This document shows positions 39,455-52,900 of a stretch of 64,000 nt of DNA, piece by piece. The notes below the pieces were generated by a model. The model did no database searches. It had not been told where the DNA came from and was given only the letters and a program-made list of their open reading frames with translations. The DNA is taken from the NCBI GenBank assembly GCA_950097015.1, contig CATNEN010000030.1:1302001-1366000 (forward strand). Direction: 5' to 3'. Origin of the DNA: Macrostomum hystrix (taxonomy: Eukaryota > Animalia > Platyhelminthes). The translations under genes were made by a program, and so were the position numbers. How positions within the stretch are numbered: position 1 is the first letter of the stretch; the number at the start of each line of letters is the position of its first letter.

Positions 39455-39884
39455 TCCCAATTCACTGCTGGGTGAACTCAAACAATGGGATATTTGGTGT
39501 ATTTCTCACAGAGTCTCAAGATTCGAACTCTAGACCTCTCCGAAGTCCGAAGCTCAAACCACTTGGTCACAACTTTCACAGCTAACCAGGGTGTACTTAG
39601 ACTAGCCCAAGCTCACAATCCGTACAATGCCCGCAGATCTGGTACCGACCAGTTGGGACAACTGAACACGCGGCGGCTGCTAGCTACAGAAGCCTTGCAA
39701 CGATCTATCAACCCTTGCTCAAGATTGACTGATTCAGCAAAAGCAGCGCTGACCAATATCAAATTGTACTAACAAAAATATAAAAAACATGTCATTTCAC
39801 TGAGAAAAATAAATAATATATTGTTGATTTGTTTAATTACAATCAAAGAAAAAGTGGGACAAGAAATTTAGGATTCAGTCTTGA

Positions 39885-41590
39885 TTAGATTCGAGTTTAG
39901 GTCAGTAATTCAATTGAAGATTCAGTCTAGATTAGATTCGAGTTTAGGTCAGGTATTTAGGATTCAGTATAGATTCAATTCTAGTTTAGGTCAGGTACTT
40001 AGGATTCAGTATAGATTCAATTCTAGTTTAGGTCAGGTATTTAGGATTCAGAATAGATTCAATTCTAGTTTAGGTCAGGTACTTAGGATTCAGTATAGAT
40101 TCGATTCTAGTTTAGGTCAGGTATTTAGGATTCAGAATAGATTCGATTCTAGTTTAGGTCAGGTACTTAGGATTCAGTATAGATTAGATTCTAGTTTAGG
40201 TCAGGTACTTAGGATTCAGTATAGATTCGATTCTAGTTTAGGTCAGGTACTTAGGATTCAGTATAGATTCAATTCTAGTTTAGGTCAGGTACTTAGGATT
40301 CAGAATAGATTCGATTCTAGTTTAGGTCAGGTACTTAGGATTCAGTATAGATTCGATTCTAGTTTAGGTCAGGTACTTAGGATTCAGTAATAGATTCGAT
40401 TCTAGTTTAGGTCAGGTACTTAGGATTCAGTATAGATTCGATTCTAGTTTAGGTCAGGTATTTAGGATTCAGAATAGATTCGATTCTAGTTTAGGTCAGG
40501 TATTTAGGATTCAGAATAGATTCAATTCTAGTTTAGGTCAGGTACTTAGGATTCAGTATAGATTCGATTCTAAGTTTAGGTCAGGTATTTAGGATTCAGA
40601 ATAGATTCGATTCTAGTTTAGGTCAGGTATTTAGGATTCAGTAATAGATTCAATTCTAGTTTAGGTCAGGTATTTAGGATTCAGTATAGATTCGATTCAA
40701 GTTTAGGTCAGGTATTTAGGATTCAGAATAGATTCGATTCTAGTTTAGGTCAGGTACTTAGGATTCAGAAAAGATTCGATTCTAGTTTAGGTCAGGTATT
40801 TAGGATTCAGTATAGATTCGATTCTAGTTTAGGTCAGGTACTTAGGATTCAGTATAGATTCGATTCTAGTTTAGGTCAGGTACTTAGGATTCAGTATAGA
40901 TTCGATTCTAGTTTAGGTCAGGTACTTAGGATTCAGTATAGATTCAATTCTAGTTTAGGTCAGGTACTTAGAATTCAGAATAGATTCGATTCTAGTTTAG
41001 GTCAGGTATTTAGGATTCAGTATAGATTCGATTCTAGTTTAGGTCAGGTATTTAGGATTCAGTATAGATTCGATTCTAGTTTAGGTCAGGTACTTAGGAT
41101 TCAGTATAGATTCGATTCTAGTTTAGGTCAGGTACTTAGGATTCAGTATAGATTCGATTCTAGTTTAGGTCAGGTATTTAGGATTCAGTATAGATTCGAT
41201 TCTAGTTTAGGTCAGGTACTTAGGATTCAGTATAGATTCGATTCTAGTTTAGGTCAGGTACTTAGGATTCAGTATAGATTCAATTCTAGTTTAGGTCAGG
41301 TACTTAGGATTCAGAATAGATTCGATTCTAGTTTAGGTCAGGTATTTAGGATTCAGTATAGATTCGATTCTAGTTTAGGTCAGGTATTTAGGATTCAGTA
41401 TAGATTCGATTCTAGTTTAGGTCAGGTATTTAGGATTCAGTATAGATTCGATTCTAGTTTAGGTCAGGTATTTAGGATTCAGTATAGATTCGATTCTAGT
41501 TTAGGTCAGGTATTTAGGATTCAGTATAGATTCGATTCTAGTTTAGGTCAGGTATTTAGGATTCAGAATAGATTCGATTTTAGTTTAGGT
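39885..41590. repeat. 42-bp minisatellite (TTCTAGTTTAGGTCAGGTACTTAGGATTCAGTATAGATTCGA), about 40 copies
   Basis: Direct reading. The 14-aa periodic ORF 39881-40390 is its translation. Confidence 0.97.
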
Positions 41591-42720
41591 CATGATCATG
41601 AATTTAGTTGCAATTAAACAAGTCTTTCAGCAAACTTCTGTCGGCTTTATTTCTAAGGGAGAAAATAGAAAATGGATTTGCACATCTGGGCACACACACA
41701 GGCAGGCATGTACACTTATTGTGTGTGTGTGTGCGCAGTGCGCAATGGTTTTGTTTATTTTGAGCAGACAGCTCTTACTATTGTGGCATTTCTGATTTAG
41801 AATTATACATAACAGACCCAAACAAAGAAGAAAGTATATTCTCAAACGAATATGACAGAAACGGGACACAGGCGCCAGTAAATTTGAGTACGGACAAGCA
41901 ACGGAAACTTCCTTTCTCTCTTCCTTTCTCGGTTCGGCACGATTACTATATAAATAAAAAGCAGAGCTGCGACACTCTACTCGCAGTAGTGCTAGTAGCG
42001 GATGCGTAGGAAAATTATAATAATCGTAGATGCGAGAACGGGGAAAAACACTGACAGAAAATAGACAGGAAATAATCTCAGTCTAAGGCTGCTGCTGAGG
42101 CAACCGTCAGCTTATAGTAAGCTGGCTTATTAGCTTTAATTCAGAGGGACAGAAAAAGGTGAGAAAAATGGATGCTTTTTTCATTGTTAAATCACGAAAT
42201 ATGTCACTGAATTAAGAATATTGATAGCAATTACTGTTATACTATATAAATAGTAATAATAAATTTAATAAAAAAGCAGTAGAAATACCTAAGAAGCAAA
42301 AATGATACCAAATACAATTGGAACTTGGGAAACGCTAGCAGGAAAATGTTGATGGCTGTTGGGAATCTATTTTATCATAGGTTTAATTTCAGATCAAGGC
42401 ACACAGATATAAAAACACCACAGTTTAACTGAACAGTAGTATCTTTTACTAGCATATAATGACTGCGCGCCTAATTCTTAATTCTCACCAGAAATAAAAT
42501 GAAATGTTTTTTATGACTTTTAATAACAGAGAGAAGAGTGAAAATTTTTAATTAAAATGTTGGATTTAACCAGCGAACAATTAGCAAACTGCACCAACAG
42601 GTAGGAGGCCTTCACGCAATCAAACAATAGTTAACAATTAAACAAACAAAACCAACAAACAGGGACCTTATTCAATCGAGAATGGCACAATAGAATTCTG
42701 TGTATTTTTATTTCTAAATA

Positions 42721-42910
42721 GATTAGAGCAGCGGCCTCACGACTTGACGGTCGGGGGTTCGATTCCCGACTCCACTGGAACAATTCTTTGTCCTTTAGCA
42801 AGATTGCTCTAATTGAAGGTGGGTGTTGCGTCACCTCAGTCCAGGGACTGAACAGCCGTACACTGTGGCTGTGCTGTCGGCTGCACATCCGGCCCAATTA
42901 AGGCAGGTGC
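42721..42910 (+). mobile_element. SINE family 1 copy with most of the CORE domain deleted
   Basis: Head (GGGGTTCGATTCCCGACTCCACTGGAA) and tail (GGACTGAACAGCCGTAC...CGGCTGCACATC...CCCAATT) match 62844-63148; the central CACTTAACT...GGGTACCAGC block is absent. Confidence 0.8.
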
Positions 42911-43085
42911 AGTCAATTATCAGTATTAATTATTAAAATTATTTGTATAAATTAGTTTAGAATATAAAATGTAAAAATTAAAATCACGCCGAGAATTGTC
43001 TAGTTATGACACATTTGAATCATCCTAGATTTGTTATAATGAGAGAGAGAGAGTGCATTTCTGTCTGTTAGTGGATACTGGATTG

Positions 43086-43924
43086 TTACATGGCGTCGGG
43101 TGAGTCGCTGACAATTGTGCCGCTATCAGGCTGCTGCTGCTGCTGTTGATTGTGTGAATCTTCATTGTCCTCGTTGTCCAATTCACCTTCCTCGTCTCGA
43201 TCGGTCATGACCTGGTCCTGAGATGAGTTTGACTCGGCGGCGGCTGCGGCTGCGGCGGCGGCGGCGGCCCGTTCGGCACCCAACAGACCGGCCGCCATCT
43301 GCAGTGTGGCCTGAGCTGATGTTGTTCGTTGAAAGCCCCGACCGCTCAGCGCCGTCTCATTGCTAGTAGACTTGGCAGTCGGCGCAGCCGCCGCGTCCAG
43401 CTTACCTTGGAGGCCGGCCACGGCTTCGGCCCAGCGATCCGGGCAGTCCAGCATGCGGTCGCGCAATTCCGGACAAAGACTGCTGGCCTCGACCAAGAGT
43501 TTAACGCAGCGGTAGGCTCGCCTGGGATCCAGTTGTGCTCCGGAGCTGATCAGGCCAAGCAGGCCGCCACCGTTTGAGCAGCCCTGCTCAGAGCCGTCGT
43601 TGACATCTTCGACGCCGTAGAGCAGCAGGCTGAGCCGTTCGGAGTGCAGCTTGTCCCTGATCATGAACAGCTCCTTCATGAGGTCTAATAGTGGCCTCAA
43701 CTCGTTCACGGCCGTGTGAGCCAGCTGGCCCAGCAGTACGCAGGTCATATTGCGGGAGGCCAGCATATTGCCATTGCAGGCGTGCCGCAGTAGGCCGCTC
43801 ATAGCCGGTAGCAGGCCGGCCGAGTCGGCGCAGACGGCGGCGCACAGCTGGCCGAGCAGGGCGGCGCTTCTGTCTGCGTCGCTTAGCAACCAGCGTTCCA
43901 TGCTGGGCGACAGGCGGAGCAGCG

Positions 43925-43959
<35 letters not shown>

Positions 43960-46900
43960 GCGAAGCTGCAGTAGGTTGGCAGGGCGCAGAGCAGGCGATA
44001 CAACGGAGCCAGCTCGCGATAGCTCGGCGCGCTCAACGGTTTCAGGCTGTCCGGCAGTTCGGGAAACAGGAACTCGGCCAGGCGGCCGAAGGCGTCGCGA
44101 CTATAAAGCACCGAGCAGGCGCGCAGTCGATGGTCATCCACGAAGCCACAGAGCAGCTGGAAGAAGGCGCCGCACTGTCCGAGATGGCTAGCCGCGGTGC
44201 CAAGCTGATGCAAGAGGTGGTCGACAAATTGCTGAAGCTGAGGCGCTCCGATCTGATTGGCTCGCACCTGAAGGTCCAGCGACTCGCCTGTGGGTAGAGG
44301 ATTCTATAGTTTATAATTGACAGTTACACCTGACAGACTGTCCGATGTGTAACCAGACACACCTGACACACTGTCCAATGTGTAACCAGACACACCTGAC
44401 ACACTGTCCAATGTGTAACCAGACACACCTGACACTGTCCAATGTGTAACCAGACACACCTGACACACTGTCCAATGTGTAACCAGACACACCTGACACA
44501 CTGTCCAATGTGTAACCAGACACACCTGACACACTGTCCAATGTGTAACCAGACACACCTGACACACTGTCCAATGTGTAACCAGACAAACCTGACAGAC
44601 TGTCCGATTAGTAACCATGCAATTTATATAGAGAGCTTCGAAACAGAATATTAGAACCAGATCGATAGCAGCAATAATGACGATGACTCACCAAGCAGTC
44701 TAGCCACAGTTTTCCGCTGCTCAGGCATCGGGCACACAATGAGATGCTCAGCCAGATGACCAGCCTGACAGAAGAAGTCCAAGAAGGCGGCATTGGCCTG
44801 CAGCGGACTGGTCTGAAGCAGGCGCATCAGCAGCCGATCCCACGAGGCGCCAAGTTGCGCCGGCTGGCGCAGGCGTTTCTCAGTGCGCAGGAACACGTCG
44901 AACAGGAATGTCACCAGAAGGCTGGCGGCCTGTTCGGTCAGCTCCGAGCTGCCACCGGCGGAGCCAGCGCCGGCCGGCACCGAAGTCAGCGGGGTCGGCG
45001 TGGCGGGAGAGGCCGACAAAGTGAAGGAGACGCCGGTTGCGGAGGCAGACGGCGATGAGGCTATTACCGCGGAAGAGGAGGCAGCCGACTGCTGCTGCTG
45101 CTGCTGCTGCTGCTGCGGCTGATCCAAGGCAGTCGGAGCTGCTCGCTCTAGCACAGACTCGCATAAGCGGTGAATGAAAGTGAAATGAGCCTCATTAAGC
45201 AGATCAGTCTGCCGATAGAAGGTTAGATTAGACTCTCGCACAGCGTTTGCAATGTGGGCTGGCATTGTGTCAGAGAACAGGCCGCGCTGCTCTCCGCGCT
45301 GCACCAAGGCACTGAGCTCGGCGATGCTGTCGCGCTGATGTCGCCACGGCTGCTGCTGATGATAATAACTTCCGCTGCTGCCGCTGCGTTTTCCAATGCC
45401 GCCAGTCGCACTAGTCGGCGTCTTCTGTCTCTGCAATTGCTGCAGAGGCAGAGGCGGCGGCGGCGAGGTCGGCTCCTCCATGAGCGGCTGTGTGCCGCCA
45501 GACGCGTGGGCAGTGGGGCCACCACTCTCCCGCTCGTAGAACAGCATGTAGGCGCTCCAGTAGCGCTTTCGCTCCTCCGGCAGGAAGCTCTCGGTGCTTT
45601 GAAAGGTGCCACCGAACGACTCGGACTCCAATAATTGATCGGTGAGGTCGATGGGCTCCACGGTTTGGTCGTTCATTTTGAACCAGGCGTCCGGCTTGCC
45701 TGCGAACATTAGAGAGCCATTGGGAGGGCCATGTCGGACTATAACCGAAAGCCCGTTATTCCCACGCAGAGAACAAGGGAGGTCATTGGGCAGAAGTAGC
45801 CATAGTAAAAGTCTATAAATCTCCATTGGTCATTGGGCAAGCTCATCAATCTCCATTGGTCATTGGGCAAGCTCATCAATCTCCATTGGTCATTGGGCAA
45901 GCTCATCAATCTCCATTGGTCATTGGGCAAGCTCATCAATCTCCATTGGTCATTGGGGAAGCTCATAAATCTCCATTGGTCATTGGGGAAGCTCATCAAT
46001 CTCCATTGGTCATTGGGGAAGCTCATCAATCTCCATTGGTCATTAGGGAAGCTCATCAATCTCCATTGGTCATTGGGGAAGCTCATCAATCTCCATTGGT
46101 CATTGGGGAAGCTCATCAATCTCCATTGGTCATTGGGGAAGCTCATCAGTCAAAAGAAACTTACCAGGGCGGCGCTCCCGCACCAGGCTGTAGTAGTGGC
46201 CGGCGCTAGCTTTGCCAGAATGGATCACAACACCTACTAGGTTATAGTTTGACTGTTGTTGCTCCTGGGTATGTTGCTCCTGCTGCTCCTGGGCCGCCTG
46301 CTGCTGCTGCTGCTGCCCATCTGCTGTGCTATCAGGCGAAGCGGTGCTGGCGGTAGCCAGAAACGGTCCCAACTCGACTCGCCTAGGAAAGCTAAAGTAC
46401 AAATCTGACTTCAACGGCTGGCCGCGCAGCCAGTCATAGTCGAATCGTTTCAAATGAATGCACAGCACCGGCGGCAAACTGGCTATGCGGGTGCGCCTAA
46501 GGGCGGTCACTTTTCTATTGCCGCAGCGTTCGCACGAGTAGGCATTGTCAGCTTGCATTGTTTCTCCGCGTACAAACGCATGCAGAGCGGCCTCCAAGCT
46601 GCCAGTCTGCACTGGTAGGTGCAGGCCGTAGAAATCTTCTTCTAATTCGCAGCGATGCTCGCATTGTTCACTCTCTATTAGATGCTTGAACCGGCCGCGA
46701 AAGAATCCGCTAAGCAGGGGCCGCTTGGCCTGCTCGTCTGTCTGGTCAATCAGGGCCTGCCAATGTTAGAGCTAGAGTTTTAAACCTGCATGCACATAAT
46801 GAATGCAACGGGACAGATACGAATGAACATAGAATAGATACCGGTGTACTGGTACAGAGAACAGGCACAAATGTACACAGAACAGATACAAATGAACACA

Positions 46901-49900
46901 GAACAGGCACAAATGTACACAGAACAGGCACAAATGTACACAGAACAGATACAAATGAACACAGAACAGATACAAATGTACACAGAACAGATACAAATGT
47001 ACACAGAACAGATACAAATGAACACAGAACAGGTACCGATATACACAGAACAGGTACCGATGTACACAGAACAGGTACCGATGTACACAGAACAGGTACC
47101 GATGCACACAGAACAGGTACCGATGTACACAGAACAGATACAAATGTACACAGAACAGGTACCGACGTAATGAGAACAGGTACGTGGCTTCTGAAAGACA
47201 TACCTGAAAGAAGGCGAACGCATCCTGTTGCTCTCTGGGATTAACCTTTTCACCCCAGAGAGAGAAATTAGCCCATAGTTGATCCGGCACATAGTACTGC
47301 TGCTGCAATTCCAGCAGATGTGCCAGCACCAGCTGCAGCTGATAGAGAGCGCCGTCGCCGGATTCGCCACCGGAGCCGCCGTCGCCGGAGCCGCCGATTG
47401 CTGGTTCGGCTTCATCGCCGCTAGCCGGTGTTAATAGGACAGCGGCTGGTAGGCCGGGCACCATAAACAGCTGCTGGAGCACCGAGTTCATATAGCAGGT
47501 GGCTCCGCCATTTTTTAGGCCAACCAGGCCGCACTGACTCCTGGGCTCGGGCGGCGCCGGCACCTCCCAGCCGTGAATGCGATGCAACGGACGTAAGGCG
47601 CCGCTCAAGGCTTTCAAACAGCGGCAATTATTGGCGCACAATTGCAGCAGCAGATCGTAGATGGCCGGCCTGGCCAGTGGGCCGGCTCGGCAATGAGAAT
47701 CAGCCGGCATTAGAAAGGCTCCAATCAGCTGCGGCAGTAGGCGCTCTCCAGCTGCTGGATCTGGCGGCTCAGCCTGCCAGGCGGCAGCCAATAGGTGCAG
47801 ATGACCGGCTAGGAGGGCGTCCTCCTCCTGCTGGCACTGGCAGGCTGCTGTCTGGCTGAGCTGGAAACTGGCCAGCCAGTCCTGTTACATAATTGGCAAA
47901 CAATGGGGATTGTTCTAGTAAAGTGCATGTTATAGAAAATTTTATAGCTATAGGTAAACCTTATATTACGAGTACCTTATCTGCGTCTAAAGGGAAATCC
48001 AATATGGATCTATACGGAAATCCATTACGGATCTGTAGGGAAATCCCTATACGTACTTATAACTATGGGAAATTCTTTCCGGATCTATAGGGAAATCCCA
48101 TACAGATCCATAGGGAAATCACATACGGATCTATAGGGAAATCCCATACGGATCCATAGGGAAATCCCATACGGATCTATAGGGAAATCCCATACGGATC
48201 CATAGGGAAATCCCATACGGATCCATAGGGAAATCCCATACGGATCTATAGGGAAATCCCATACGGATCTATAGGGAAATCCCATACGGATCTATAGGGA
48301 AATCCTATATGGATCTATACGGAAATCCATTACGGATTTGTAGGGAAATCCCATACGTACTTATAACTATAGGAGATTCTTTCCGGATCTATAGGGAAAT
48401 CCCATACAGATCTATAGGGAAATCACATACAGATCCATAGGGAAATCCCATACGGATCCATAGGGAAATCCCATACGGATCTATAGGCAAATCCCATACG
48501 GATCTATAGGGAAATCCTATGTAAATCAATGGGGAAATCTAGCATGCATCTATAAGGAAATCCCGTAAGCATCTATCGAGAAACTCAAAGCAGATCTAAA
48601 CAAGTTCAGCACTCTGCTTACCTGTTCAACCCCGGCTACGCGCCTAGCCAATTCAGCCTGGGCTGGCGCAGTTGAGCGCAATAACAGGGCGGCGCGCAGG
48701 TCGAAATACTCGGCGCAGTTGCACAGCAGATGCAGGCTGGCCTGTCGAACGCCGGTGACGCTGGAGTGCCAGTAGGGCAGCGGCAGCCTCTCTAACAGGC
48801 TGTGCAACGCTTGCACAACATCCGGATAGTCGGCTGTGGCAACCCTCTGAAGCAGGAGCTGGCTAAGAGTCTGGCGAACCCGCTGGCTAGGGCAGGCAAC
48901 TAGCAGGTCCAACAGAGCCGATTGGAAGCCGGGCAGAGATACAACATCGGCTGGGCGAAAGCCGGGCAAGCCGAACAGAGTGTTCAACAGGATAGCGCAG
49001 GCGGCCTGGCCAACTGGCTCGCGAGTGTCTCTGCGAACATATCAGGGGGTGAGGGAGAGGGAGTGACATGAGTATAATGAATAATAATAATAATACTTGC
49101 ATGAGGGCTGCGGGCTGCACATCAATTGGTGATGGTAGACCCGAAGCCAGCGAGGAGACAATTCTGCCCATTTCGCTGACTCCTGAGCACACGCGCAAAC
49201 AGATAATGTACGCAGGCACACGCTCTCACAGGCGTGTACATCTGGCCTGAATTTCTCATTGTCAGACAGTGTACATTTCACTGTACTTTAGAGGTTGGCC
49301 TTCGAGGGCGTGAATTGCATGACAAGCCCTAAGGCCTTTTCTCCGCGGCTACTCAGTGAGTGGCATGAGTATGAAAGTTCCTTTAGAAGCGTTAGTTTAA
49401 CTTAAATTTAACGAATTTCGTGTCTAAAAACATTTTTAAAGCAAATATTTTCTTAAAAGTTTTTAACGCTAGTATCTAAATTATTTTAAAGCGTTAGTTT
49501 TCAACGTTAAATTAGCGGTTTTTGTGTGTCATGAGTGCCTGGGTTTTTAGAGTTAGTTTTAATTAACGATTTAACGATCCTTCTAGTGACAGTAATCAAC
49601 CAATTGTAAATAATCAACAAGCCAAACCTAAGCGAAGCGGCGCAGGCCAGGAGGTGAGCGGCCAGTCCGTCTGGCAGACGCTGCTGTTGCGGATCGCAGT
49701 CGCTAACAGCCTTGGAGACCAGGTGGCCAACCAGGTAGAGCTGACGCGGAGTCAGGCGATCCGGCGCCAGCTGCACCAGCCTGGCGGCGTGCTGATCAGC
49801 TGATTCCGGCATCGAGAACAGGCACTGCAGGGAATAGGTTAGCAATGGCGAATCCGCCGACAGGTCGTCCGCCAGCACCGGATCCGGGCAGGTGGGCAAC

Positions 49901-52900
49901 AGGTCCAGCACGGCTGCTGCTTCGGAGACGCCCTGTTTAAGGAGTTTCAATACAATATTAATCTGATTTCTGATATGATGTGCGACAATGTGCGCAAATT
50001 ACTAACCTGACGAAGACAACGCTTCAAAAGCGGATAGGTGCGCGCATCGTCGGCTAGCAGGTTGCTGGGCAGGGCACGCTCAAGGGCGGAGCAGGCGTCG
50101 CTAGAGGGAGATTTTACGTCGGCCAGCCGGGCGTGAGCGTCGATTGGCCGATCCGGCTGGGCCGGGTCGGGCCGAAGGCCCAGCAGGAACAGCGGCCTCC
50201 ATTCGTGCACGGCGCCTAGCAGGCGCTCGTTGCCATCAATCGTCACTGCTAGGCCGACCCTGCTCAAAGGAACAAAAAAACGACTTGTTAAGAGGTTCTC
50301 TTAAAACTCCTTTGGAATTTTCCCTTCCGGGAAAATCCCTTCGGGAAAATCCCTTCGGGAAAATCCCTTCGGGAAAATCCCTTCGGGAAAAACCCCTTTT
50401 TTAGTAATCTCAACAATGCTTACCTAGCAGCCGAATCACAATTAAGTGCTATAGCTAGCTCCTCCCGCAGCTTGCCAAAGGTCAGGTGACTGTGTACAGC
50501 CAGCTGGAACGCGGCCCGCTTTGGCCTATCGCAGTCTACTCGCAGTTGCATCTCTTCGCCCGGATAAGTGGCGCAGTGCAGAGGGCGCAATCTTTTGTGC
50601 TGATAATCTGATTCGGCTGTTTGTAGATAAAATTCCAGCAAACGTAGCACGCTGCTGGTACCTTTAACGCCAGCGTCATCTAAATGACCGAAGCAGTCAT
50701 TGAGGAAGCGTTTGTGCAAATCATTGGCTGCGGCCACAGCTTTTAGTCGAACGCTGACGCAACGATAATAACAATCCATTAGGCAATCCAGCGCAGCTCG
50801 AAATACGGCGGGCCGATCCGAGCGCAGATAGAGCGACCAGAGATAGGACGAGCCGAATAGCTCCAATTTTTCTACGGTCAACTTGCGCTCAGAACTAAAT
50901 GAAGTCGGCTGCACTATGGTCAGATTGCCGGCCGATTGATTAATGCGCTCGAAGAAGTATTTAAAGCAGGCGAACCCGTTCGGCGTTACCTACAAGAAGC
51001 GGGGAAATCTTGCATTTACAGTATACACGGCCTTTCAGTCCAAGTCTTGTGTCCTATAGGGGAATTCTAAATTACAAATATAGGGGAATCCCAAATACAC
51101 ATATAAATATACAAATATAAATACCAATACATATATATACACATATACGAGTATATTAATTTGCTTGATTCTATATTAATCCGAAAAAACATTCTAAGCA
51201 AAGTATACTTTATACTTGAACTTTGCTTAGCGGACATGCAAAACGGAACGGCCCATGGAATTCTATGACCAAGCGTTTGAATTCACACGAGAAAGTAAGC
51301 CATAGACAACTCAATCTGTCATGCTATGTGGAACGATGAGCCAGAATAGAAGGAACGATTTATGTTTTTCACAGAGACAACAACACGCTTTCATTTTCTT
51401 TCGTTTGATCAGTTAAGCAACAATGGCGCCCCAAATTTCTGTACGTGATCGACAGCGCATCGTCGCCGCCTTGCAAGGCGGACTGTCGATGAAGGACGTG
51501 TCAGTCTTGTTTGGAGTATCCAAAACTTCTGTTTACCGTATTCGGTCAACATTCGAACAAGCTGGCAGGTTGGAAGCTTCGCCTCGTGGAGGACGCAAGG
51601 AAGCAAGCTGCAAAATGGACGCAGAGATGCGAGATTTTTTACAACATGAGGTGCAGCGAAATCCCTTTCTAACGCTAAAGTCAATGGCTGAGAAGCTGAT
51701 CGGAGGCTTTCCTGACAAGCCGCAGGTGAGCCTTAAAACAATTGATCGAACAATGGATGGTTTGCTCTTTACGGTTAAACTAGCTACCAAGGGGACGGAT
51801 ATTCGCCTAAACACCAACCGAGTTGAAAGCCTGGACGCCAGAAGCGAATGCGCTAACTTCATGCTCCACTTAGCTCCAGGAGTTCACACTGTCTACTTAG
51901 TTGAGACCGGTTTTAACTTGTGGACCCGGAGGTCGCAAGACAGGTCGGACACCCAGTGAAGCGCACGGTAACAACCCAAAGGAGTCCGAACGTTACGGTT
52001 TGCATGGCAATTTCGTCGGAGTTCGGGTTGGTGCATTCTGTCATCCAGAGAGGTGGCCAAAAGGTTTCAAGAATTTTTAGACCACCTAGCAGACCGCTGC
52101 CATCAACTGGACCCTACCGGAAACTGGAAACTGGAAACAAATTTTCATCGTAATGTGGAGATCCGAGAGAACCATCGGGACAGAATTACGACACGAATCC
52201 TACCCCCTATTCACAATTTCTAAACCCGACCGAATTTGCTAACTCTGCGTTGAAGTCAAATCTCAAGAACCGTTTGGCGGAAGCCGGCATGGTTGAGGAT
52301 GAGCAAGTTCCACCAGGAGTGTCACTTGAGCAGTGGAGATTCATGCTACTTGAACGAGAGGCGACTGAAGCTGTTGGTCAAGCAATCACTGCTGACAAGT
52401 GCGCTGGCTGGGAGCTGCGCTGCAATCGATTGTTTGGATTGTGTTTGCAGCGATATCTGTATCGTTCCACATAGCATGACAATTTGAGTTGTCTATGGCT
52501 TACTTTCTCGTGTGAATTCAAACGCTTGGCCACAGAATTCCATGGGCCGTTCCGTTTTGCATGTCCACTGTTCCACATAGCGCGACAAAAGCAATAGTAG
52601 TTTATGCACATTAAAATCCATAATGAATTAAACGGAAAATATTTTGTAGACTAATAAAGGAATTCATTACACTTTTTATACAGGGAAATCCTTTGCACAT
52701 TTATAAGGAAATACTTTGCATATATAAAGGGAAATACTTTGCACATATAAAGGAAAATACGTTGCCCATATATAGGGAAATCCTTTGCACACATATAGGG
52801 AAATCCTTTGGACACGTATAGGGAAATCCATTGCGCATATATACGAAAATACTTTGCACACATATAGGGAAATCCTTTGCGTACATATAGGGAAATCCTT

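Noticed and set aside
39885-41590. CRISPR-like regular repeats (also the 30-48-bp arrays elsewhere)
   Set aside because: Units are head-to-tail with no unique spacers, there are no cas genes, and the context is eukaryotic.
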